Part shown: one piece after another, positions 1-6,490 of the stretch
Numbering within the stretch: position 1 is the stretch's first letter
Layout of the letters: each line of letters starts with the position of its first letter
Notes under the pieces: generated by a model
What the model saw: the letters and a program-made list of their open reading frames with translations, nothing else
Told to the model about the DNA's origin: nothing
Database searches by the model: none
From: a virus
Lineage: Duplodnaviria > Caudoviricetes
IMG/VR virus record: IMGVR_UViG_3300031857_000001
Length of the DNA stretch: 64,000 nt
Strand: one strand, 5' to 3'
Made by a program: the position numbers and the translations under genes

Positions 1-147
1 GATTTTGCATATTGGATACCAACAGTATACGAACCGTGCGGACAACACGATTGGAAATATCGGTATCCAAAAACTTCAGAGGATATGACCAAGTGTTTTA
101 CTGTTGAGGAGGTCTATAACGATTATATACAAAAAAAGGGGAGTTAA
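1..147 (+). CDS. hypothetical protein, C-terminal fragment
   Basis: Open frame from base 1 (DFAYWIPTVYEPCG...YIQKKGS) ending TAA at 145-147, overlapping a terminator hairpin. Confidence 0.5.
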   Translation, partial: DFAYWIPTVYEPCGQHDWKYRYPKTSEDMTKCFTVEEVYNDYIQKKGS

Positions 148-158
148 CAACTCCCCTT
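131..158. terminator. bidirectional intrinsic terminator
   Basis: A7-GGGGAGTT-AAC-AACTCCCC-TT between convergent ORFs. Confidence 0.7.
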
Positions 159-178
159 AATTCCCAATATTTGAAATA

Positions 179-343
179 TTATTTGTTGGATAAAACTGAC
201 CAAACAGTTCCAACAAAAGTTACAGTCATACCAATTATGTCCATAATTTGACCTTCTGTTGCCAAGCCCTTAGCAACTAAAATTCCCCCTAAAAAAGTAA
301 GTCCGTGTCTAACTAAACCCAAAATTTGTTCTTTTTGTACCAT
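179..343 (-). CDS. putative small holin (two TM segments, Pam3 gp28-like)
   Basis: Manual translation MVQKEQILGLVRHGLTFLGGILVAKGLATEGQIMDIIGMTVTFVGTVWSVLSNK (54 aa); late motif TATTTATA on the minus strand at 370-377. Confidence 0.6.
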   Translation of the reverse strand: MVQKEQILGLVRHGLTFLGGILVAKGLATEGQIMDIIGMTVTFVGTVWSVLSNK

Positions 344-433
344 TGTTTAAAAATTAAAGTTTATTTTACTATAAATATTTTGAAAGTTGGAAAAACATAC
401 TTACATTTGTAATCACAATTAAAACGATAAAAT

Positions 434-802
434 ATGTCTAAAGAAAAAAAGAGTTCGATTGATTCATTGTATGAACAAACTATGTTAATTGCAAAACAAG
501 TTAAGGAACTGAAGAAAGAAGTTATGGGTGAACAAACCTATTCTTTCACTCAAGAACAACTTAAAGAATTTTCTGAGCGACTTTATGATAATTTTACAGA
601 ATATAATAATTCACAAATTTCGGAAATTGAGTTTTCAAATGACTTTATTGAACTAGAACTTGTGGATAATGTGATTGTTACGTCAATTAATTCCGAAAGT
701 GTATCTAATGAAATTGAGAACGTTGTAGAATCTCCAACTGATAAAGAAATGTCAAATATAATTAGTGAGATTTTGGACGGTATGGAGATAGAACTCCAAT
801 GA
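434..802 (+). CDS. hypothetical acidic protein
   Basis: 122-aa ORF downstream of TACATTTG promoter element (402-409). Confidence 0.7.
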   Translation: MSKEKKSSIDSLYEQTMLIAKQVKELKKEVMGEQTYSFTQEQLKEFSERLYDNFTEYNNSQISEIEFSNDFIELELVDNVIVTSINSESVSNEIENVVESPTDKEMSNIISEILDGMEIELQ

Positions 803-1042
803 AAAAAACCTTATATCGATAAAACTGATGAGACAAGAAATCAGGTAATTAGAGATATGTTTAATACCAATAAAAAACCAATTACAAAAATGAAATACAA
901 TAACAACACACCATTTGAAGAATTTATGTACCGTTTTGCGGTTGTATTTGGTATCACTGTAATAACTTTAAATCTAATTATTTTGGTTTTAAAGTTGATA
1001 GGTTAAGGTTTTTATCGTATATTTGTAGAAGTTATTTGAAAC

Positions 1043-1128
1043 GCCCGGATGCTGAAATGGTATACAGTGCAGACTTAAAATCTGCTGAGCAATCGCTCGT
1101 GAGGGTTCGAGTCCCTCTCCGGGTACCA
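1043..1128 (+). tRNA. tRNA-Leu(UAA)
   Basis: GCCCGGA/TCCGGGT acceptor, GCAGA-CT-TAA-AA-TCTGC anticodon arm, long variable arm, GGTTCGAGTCC, encoded CCA. Confidence 0.95.
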
Positions 1129-1130
1129 AA

Positions 1131-1208
1131 GCACCTTTATCTCAGTTGGTTAGTAGAAGCTCGCTCATAACGAGAAGGTCACAGGTTCGAGTCCTGTAAG
1201 GTGCACCA
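1131..1208 (+). tRNA. tRNA with CAU anticodon (Met or Ile2)
   Basis: GCACCTT/AAGGTGC acceptor, CTCG-CT-CAT-AA-CGAG, TTCGAGT loop, encoded CCA. Confidence 0.9.
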
Positions 1209-1218
1209 GTTAAAACAT

Positions 1219-1366
1219 AGTCAAGTGGCGGAATACTGAGAGTCTCCGGAAACATACTCTCAAGGTAGACGTACTAGATGGTTATAGCACTAGGGGTAAA
1301 AAATCACAATGCGTGTGGTCACTATAATGACAGCCCGTGGAGGTTCGAATCCTTCCTTGACTACTA
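1219..1366 (+). ncRNA. tRNA-like RNA (Leu-type scaffold) with D-loop hairpin insertion and branched variable region
   Basis: AGTCAAG/CTTGACT acceptor, GGCGGAA...GGTAGACG D arm split by a TGAGAGT/ACTCTCA hairpin, GGAGG-TTCGAAT-CCTTC T arm; 148 nt. Confidence 0.7.
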
Positions 1367-1530
1367 AAATTTTTAATTTACTATGAATGGGTTAGAATTA
1401 TTGTTAATTGGTATTTGGGTTGGAATGGGACTTGTATACCTAATAACTAAAGATTTCTATAAGAAAAAATAATTTTAATATTCAAAACTTACGTATTATA
1501 TTTGTATCAATAATTTAAATTTATAAAAAT

Positions 1531-2556
1531 ATGAAAAATAAACTTTTTTTAATTGCATCTTTATTAATTATTAATGGTGGTCTAATCTCCCAAGTACCAA
1601 GTTACGTACCTTCCGAAGGATTAGTGGGTTGGTGGCCATTTAACGGAAATGCGGAGGATGAAAGTGATTATACTAATGACGGAACTGTCTACGGTGCAAC
1701 ATTAACTACTGACAGATTTTTAGAAAATGATAAGGCTTATTCCTTTAACGGTTTTGATTATATTGAGGTTATTGATGATAATACTTTGGATTTAACACAA
1801 AATTTTACCATAAGTGTCTGGTATCTTACATATGATTCAATATCATATGGGGCTATTTTGGGAAAAGGAAAAAATGAAAATTCAACTGGGTACGTCTTAC
1901 TTCATAATGTTTGGGATTTTAATAACAACGAATTAACATTTAACACCGGAATTTCTTTACAAAACAATCCCGATTATGTCACAGCATCGGAGTCTTTTAT
2001 CGACCCTTCATTGATTACCCCAAATACTTGGAACCATTTGGTTTCCACTTATGACGGAAACGAATTAAAACTTTACTTAAATGGGGAACTGGTTAATTCT
2101 ATAAATACGAACATTGAATTATATGATAACTCAACAACTAGTTTGTATTTTGGAAAAGAATTGGTGAATTTTAGATATTTTTATGGTAAGATTGACGATA
2201 TTGGTATGTGGGACAGAGCTTTAACTCGAGAAGAAATAGGAAAAATATTCAACTCGGCCGATTCAACAACCGATGTTAATGACACCTCATCCCCAATTGA
2301 TTTCGGAGATAAGATAGAATGTTATCCAAATCCAACTACAGATATTATTAATGTTGATTTGTCTGGTCTGAACGATTATAGTGGTCAAAAACTAAGAATT
2401 ATGAATTTATCAGGTCAAATTGTTTATGAAGAAAATGTAAACCAAAGTAAGGTTGTTATTGATGTTAAATCATTACTTTCTTCGGGAATCTATGTTCTTA
2501 ACACCGTTGACCAAAATGGTAATGTCTCATCCACAAACAAATTTGTGGTTCAATAA
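1531..2556 (+). CDS. LamG/concanavalin-like domain protein with signal peptide and T9SS type-A C-terminal sorting domain
   Basis: N-terminal GLVGWWPFNGNA, LamG motifs WNHLVSTYDG/LYLNG/GKIDDIGMW; C-terminal YPNP...SGQIV...SSGIYVL...KFVVQ. Confidence 0.85.
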   Translation: MKNKLFLIASLLIINGGLISQVPSYVPSEGLVGWWPFNGNAEDESDYTNDGTVYGATLTTDRFLENDKAYSFNGFDYIEVIDDNTLDLTQNFTISVWYLTYDSISYGAILGKGKNENSTGYVLLHNVWDFNNNELTFNTGISLQNNPDYVTASESFIDPSLITPNTWNHLVSTYDGNELKLYLNGELVNSINTNIELYDNSTTSLYFGKELVNFRYFYGKIDDIGMWDRALTREEIGKIFNSADSTTDVNDTSSPIDFGDKIECYPNPTTDIINVDLSGLNDYSGQKLRIMNLSGQIVYEENVNQSKVVIDVKSLLSSGIYVLNTVDQNGNVSSTNKFVVQ

Positions 2557-2570
2557 TCAACCAAAAAGAA

Positions 2571-2597
2571 AATACCACCTTAGGGTGGTATTTTTTT
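2571..2597 (+). terminator. intrinsic terminator
   Basis: AATACCACC-TTAG-GGTGGTATT followed by a T run. Confidence 0.8.
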
Positions 2598-2646
2598 GTT
2601 AATAACTTAATTTTGTGGGTTAGAATGTTCGCCGTATATTTGTGAT

Positions 2647-3129
2647 ATGAATAACGAAATCAAATACATACCCACCAAAGAGGCAATTATTGGATATTCT
2701 GATTCAAAAATTGCTAAAACCGAAAAAAATGACTGTGTTGTTAGAGCAATCTCGTCGGCATTTGAAATGCATTATGATGAAGCTCACAAGTTAGTTGCAA
2801 AGATTTGGTTCCGTAAAAACTTTGAGGGGACAAGAAACTTTGTCGGTGGTATGCGTCATATGGTTGACCATAAAATTATGATTAATGGAAAATCATTCTC
2901 AAATTTGGGTGACCAGTACGGACATATGAAATACGATGTTAAGTCCAAAGGTCAAATGGTTAAACGTAATATGACCACAAGTACGTTCATTAAGAAATAC
3001 CCTGTTGGTAAGTATCTTGTTGTTGTTCGTGGTCACGCATTCTCAATCATTGATGGTCAAGTCGTTGGAAACACATCTGACGCAACAATGAAGAAACGAG
3101 TTATTAACTTTGCTTGGAGGGTCTCGTGA
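2647..3129 (+). CDS. hypothetical phage protein, possible papain-like fold
   Basis: 160 aa; NDCVVRA and RGHAFSIIDG motifs; promoter at 2635-2642. Confidence 0.55.
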   Translation: MNNEIKYIPTKEAIIGYSDSKIAKTEKNDCVVRAISSAFEMHYDEAHKLVAKIWFRKNFEGTRNFVGGMRHMVDHKIMINGKSFSNLGDQYGHMKYDVKSKGQMVKRNMTTSTFIKKYPVGKYLVVVRGHAFSIIDGQVVGNTSDATMKKRVINFAWRVS

Positions 3130-3393
3130 TTAAAGAGGTGAAATATCGATTATGGTATCTTTTGTTACCTCGATATTGTGTTTTGTTTCGTAACTGATGT
3201 ATGAAATGGACTTAATCTCCTCACCTTGAGGTATTTCAACATAACCATAAAGGTCGGTGAAGTAAGTATTATTGTCTGTTTCAACTCTTGCGCCCACCAA
3301 ATTTTCATTTGTTTGTGAGTCGATGATTAGGAGTTTAAATACTATTGTAATGAATATTGTCTTCATAAGTAATAGATATGTTAAATTTTTCAT
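3130..3393 (-). CDS. carboxypeptidase-regulatory-like (beta-sandwich) domain protein
   Basis: IIDSQTNENLVGARV...TDLYGY...ISYISYETK pattern typical of Bacteroidota CarboxypepD_reg-like domains. Confidence 0.55.
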   Translation of the reverse strand: MKNLTYLLLMKTIFITIVFKLLIIDSQTNENLVGARVETDNNTYFTDLYGYVEIPQGEEIKSISYISYETKHNIEVTKDTIIDISPL

Positions 3394-3456
3394 TTGTCAA
3401 AATTGTTAATATGAATTAACATTTCCTTAATCTATTTATAATATATCGTTAATATT

Positions 3457-3810
3457 ATGAAACAGATTATTTTCTTTTTGAGTTTGTTTGTGTGGGTCAC
3501 AGGCCTTTCTCAGGTTAAGGAAATCGTAACCAAATACGATAACGGGTGTGTTAACCAAATAGGTCACATCAATGAAAATGGTTTAAAAGATGGTAACTGG
3601 GTTGCCTATTATGAAAATGGTATTCTTTGGTCTACGGCTCAGTATTATAAAGGTCTTAAAGATGGTATTTGGAAAATTTACAGACCTGACGGGAAGTTAT
3701 ATTCTGAAATAGAATATAGAAAGGGTAAAAGGTTGTATGGTAGAATGTATGATGAAACAGGTCAAGTTATTGATAAAAGAATCTTTCAGGATTACATAAC
3801 CAATGAATAA
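3457..3810 (+). CDS. MORN-variant repeat protein (YwqK-like) with signal peptide
   Basis: Repeats NGLKDGNWVAYYENG / KGLKDGIWKIYRPDG; hydrophobic N-terminus ending LS-Q. Confidence 0.75.
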   Translation: MKQIIFFLSLFVWVTGLSQVKEIVTKYDNGCVNQIGHINENGLKDGNWVAYYENGILWSTAQYYKGLKDGIWKIYRPDGKLYSEIEYRKGKRLYGRMYDETGQVIDKRIFQDYITNE

Positions 3811-3879
3811 AATTTGTTAATAACTTAATTTTGTGGTAACATAGTTTGTTGTATCTTTGTATACTTAAAAATAACAACT

Positions 3880-4047
3880 ATGGAATTCATCGGAGTGTAC
3901 AAAAAAGAAAACTTAATTGGAATTATTGACCTTGATGAGGTCGATGTAAATTTCCTACATAGAATGTTTGAACAGGGATATTCTTTTAATAAAATATCTC
4001 AAAAACTTTTGGCAGGTAAGGAAAATGTCCTTAAATTTGTCCAATGA
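3880..4047 (+). CDS. hypothetical protein (55 aa)
   Basis: Manual translation MEFIGVYKKENLIG...KFVQ; promoter 3852-3859; ATGA overlap with next ORF. Confidence 0.55.
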   Translation: MEFIGVYKKENLIGIIDLDEVDVNFLHRMFEQGYSFNKISQKLLAGKENVLKFVQ

Positions 4048-4226
4048 AAACAAATCGATTACTTTTAGTTTTAGCATGGGTTATGATTGGTTTATCCTTC
4101 ATGTTTAAAGAACCTGTACATGGTTATTTACTTGGAATTGGATGCGGACTTTCAATATCTAGTGTTATTATAACAACCCGAGAAATCAAAAAAAATGAAA
4201 CAGAACGAGCAGACAATATGGTGTGA
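4044..4226 (+). CDS. small two-TM membrane protein
   Basis: 60 aa with two hydrophobic segments; coupled to neighbours. Confidence 0.6.
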   Translation: MKTNRLLLVLAWVMIGLSFMFKEPVHGYLLGIGCGLSISSVIITTREIKKNETERADNMV

Positions 4227-4383
4227 AAGATGTGGTGAAAAACTTAACCCATTAAAGGCGGTATGGCTTGAGTTATCAATGACCGATGGAAAATACTATA
4301 ATCAAATTCCTGATGGCCACGATAGTCAAGGAGCATTCAGTTTCGGTAAATCATGTGCTAAATCAGAATTAAAAGAAATATAA
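4195..4383 (+). CDS. small Zn-finger-like protein
   Basis: CERC...C motif, 62 aa. Confidence 0.6.
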   Translation: MKQNEQTIWCERCGEKLNPLKAVWLELSMTDGKYYNQIPDGHDSQGAFSFGKSCAKSELKEI

Positions 4384-4384
4384 A

Positions 4385-4717
4385 ATGTCAGGAGGAGCAT
4401 TTGACTACAAACAATGGCATATTGAACAAATTGCCGATGAGGTTGAGAAACTGATTGAGAAAAATGGTCGTGAAAAAACACGAGAGGAACTCAAAGAAGA
4501 AGGATGGCGTGTGGATGATTGGTATGAGAAATATCCCGAAGATTTATATCATTACAAATACCCTGATGAAGTAATCGAGAAATTCAAGGAGGGTATGAAA
4601 GCTCTGAGAGTTGCTGCGGTTTACGCTCAACGTATTGATTGGTTGGTATCAGGTGATGATGGTGAAGAAAGTTTTTTGGAAAGATTGAAAGAAGAATTAG
4701 GCCAGTTGGAAAAATAG
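4385..4717 (+). CDS. hypothetical phage protein
   Basis: MSGGAFDY...YAQRIDWLVSGDDGEESF, 110 aa, operon position. Confidence 0.7.
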   Translation: MSGGAFDYKQWHIEQIADEVEKLIEKNGREKTREELKEEGWRVDDWYEKYPEDLYHYKYPDEVIEKFKEGMKALRVAAVYAQRIDWLVSGDDGEESFLERLKEELGQLEK

Positions 4718-4754
4718 CCGTATATTTGTAGAAGTTCTTTGAAATCATTTAAAG

Positions 4755-4879
4755 GGTGGGGTGGCAGACGAAAGTTAGATATATCCAAGTCAAACGTAGC
4801 TACGGTGTTTTTAAAACACGATGGATAAACGACAAGTAGAGCTCTAAGGGAACAAGTCGCTATTGTTCCTCCCCCACCG
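4755..4879 (+). ncRNA. degenerate tRNA-shaped RNA
   Basis: GGTGGGG/CCCCACC terminal stem, GTGT-TTTTAAA-ACAC hairpin, GGAACAA-GTCGCTA-TTGTTCC T-like arm; 10 nt downstream of a boxA-like element. Confidence 0.5.
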
Positions 4880-4889
4880 ACAACATTAT

Positions 4890-5023
4890 AGGTTGATTGG
4901 GGAATGATTATACCAATAGTTTGAGAGTGGATACCGACTGGTATAATCGGAGTTGGCAGGTATTCACCTGAAGTAATGCCAATCGTAAAAGGGGTTGTCC
5001 ACTCGACCATCTTCCCCTTACCT
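4890..5023 (+). ncRNA. unassigned structured RNA with pseudoknot
   Basis: GGGGAA/TTCCCC, GAGTGGATA/TGTCCACTC, CCGA/TCGG, TTGGCA/TGCCAA, CAGGT/ACCTG; 8-bp TTATACCA(4908-15)/TGGTATAA(4939-46) loop pairing. Confidence 0.6.
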
Positions 5024-5031
5024 AAAACACA

Positions 5032-5114
5032 GAGTGGCGCAGGTTGATGCTACCTTAGCGGGTATACTGATACAGAGTAAAAAGAGGTGGGGGAAACCAC
5101 TCATTAACCCACCC
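5032..5114 (+). ncRNA. candidate small structured RNA
   Basis: GAGTGG/CCACTC, AGGT/ACCT, GGTGGG(5086-91)/CCCACC(5108-13). Confidence 0.35.
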
Positions 5115-5119
5115 AACAT

Positions 5120-5191
5120 GGTCGGTTCATCTAAGGGTTAGGATACAAGATTTTCATTCTTGTCATAGGGGTTCGAATCCCCTACCGACTA
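5120..5191 (+). tRNA. tRNA-Glu(UUC)
   Basis: GGTCGGT/ACCGACT, CAAGA-TT-TTC-AT-TCTTG, AGGGG-TTCGAAT-CCCCT; CCA not encoded. Confidence 0.92.
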
Positions 5192-5331
5192 CAAAAAGTA
5201 ATATTTATGAAAAAGATGTTTATTAATACACATAGGGAAATAGAAAAAATACTTCACCCATTTGACCCGGTTGGATTTTACGTTCTAATACCTTTTATAC
5301 TAATCCTATTGTATCTGTTTACATAAAAAAT

Positions 5332-5453
5332 AGTCAGGTGGCGGAATGGTAGACGCAGCTGTGATGATTTTGTTGGAAGGTGAATCTCCTTAAACTATTA
5401 GCAAGGTTAATCAACTCCCAATCATCGTACAGGTTCGAGTCCTGTCCTGACTT
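5332..5453 (+). ncRNA. tRNA-like RNA in which the anticodon/variable arms are replaced by a ~70-nt branched domain
   Basis: AGTCAGG/CCTGACT acceptor, GCG-GAATGGTAGA-CGC D arm, ACAGG-TTCGAGT-CCTGT T arm; insert closed by GATGATT/AATCATC. Confidence 0.7.
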
Positions 5454-5458
5454 CGCGT

Positions 5459-5597
5459 TCCGAAACAAATACAACGGATAGTGTGCCCCACACGAAGATA
5501 AACGGAGTGATGTCCGTAGGAGGTTTGGTATCACAGTAAGGCTGTGTACGACTGTTGACTAGTCGGCCCAAGAAAAGGTAAGAGTTGGTGGTACCTT
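5459..5597 (+). ncRNA. candidate RNA of six tandem short hairpins
   Basis: TCCG/CGGA, GTGTG/CACAC, ACGGA/TCCGT, CACAG/CTGTG, CGACT/AGTCG, AAGGTA/TACCTT in a GC-richer non-coding stretch. Confidence 0.45.
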
Positions 5598-5609
5598 GTT
5601 AGTTAATAT

Positions 5610-5683
5610 AGTCGGATAGCTCAGGTGGTGAGAGCGGCACGCTTATACCGTGATGGTCGTGGGTTCAACTCCCACTCCGACTA
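5610..5683 (+). tRNA. tRNA-Ile(UAU)
   Basis: AGTCGGA/TCCGACT, GCTC/GAGC D stem, CACG-CT-TAT-AC-CGTG, GTGGG-TTCAACT-CCCAC. Confidence 0.88.
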
Positions 5684-5751
5684 CAACTGAAAAACTATAG
5701 TTCATATCTAACTCGCCATTTGTTTAAGATATTTACTATAAAACCTAACAA

Positions 5752-6252
5752 ATGAAACACGTATTTTTTGTACTATGTACAATTTTAACCATTAATGCCT
5801 TTTCACAAACTTTTAAAGACCCTGTGTCTTTTAAGTCCGACTTATGGCTTGTTCAAACTTTTGAGGAAGGCACATTCGTTGCTCCTGATACTATCTCAAT
5901 AACTTGGGATATTAAAAAAGTTAAACAGGGTAAACACGCCATTTATGTTGATATCTCTAAAAAGGGAACATTGATTGGAATTAAATACCCAAATAAACTT
6001 ACATTAAGTTCAGAAGGGTTACCCAATAATGGATTTATGGTTGAGAAATGGTTTAGCCGTTACTCAATGTATATCCAAAGTATGGTAAAGGATGAAGAAG
6101 GATATATTTGGACAGTTACCGTTGGTAAGGATGCGGTTTCTGATGATAATAAGGGATTGGAAAATGGTAGAATATATGTTGTCATACAAGACCCAAAACA
6201 TATAAAACCAAGTTGGTATTTCACCATTAAGTCATTTGGAAGTAAAAAATAA
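5752..6252 (+). CDS. exported hypothetical protein
   Basis: Signal peptide MKHVFFVLCTILTINAFS-Q; 166 aa. Confidence 0.7.
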   Translation: MKHVFFVLCTILTINAFSQTFKDPVSFKSDLWLVQTFEEGTFVAPDTISITWDIKKVKQGKHAIYVDISKKGTLIGIKYPNKLTLSSEGLPNNGFMVEKWFSRYSMYIQSMVKDEEGYIWTVTVGKDAVSDDNKGLENGRIYVVIQDPKHIKPSWYFTIKSFGSKK

Positions 6253-6258
6253 TTATAA

Positions 6259-6329
6259 GGTCGGATGTCCGAGCGAATAGGTGAATGTTTGCAAAACATT
6301 TTAGGGTGGTTTAACTCCATCTCCGACCT
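6259..6329 (+). tRNA. tRNA-Cys(GCA)
   Basis: GGTCGGA/TCCGACC, AATGT-TT-GCA-AA-ACATT, U73 discriminator. Confidence 0.88.
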
Positions 6330-6490
6330 CTTTTTTAAAATAATAATATGGAAAAGAAACCTTTTGTAGATAGCGGAAAATTGTTTATCACATCGATAAT
6401 ACTATTTATTATCATGATGATTATAATGTTTTTTCTTTGATTTTTTAGATTAAATCATTTATATTTTGGGTAAACTCAATAACTAAAACT

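Noticed and set aside
4627-5010. 127-aa minus-strand ORF in the track
   Set aside because: Antisense to a real CDS and to the structured RNA cluster; no promoter or recognisable motif
5060-5102. CTGA...GAAAC as a possible hammerhead ribozyme
   Set aside because: Core is CTGATAC, not CUGAnGA, and stems I-III cannot be built
5334-5534. 66-aa minus-strand ORF
   Set aside because: Lies antisense to the tRNA-like RNA; shadow ORF
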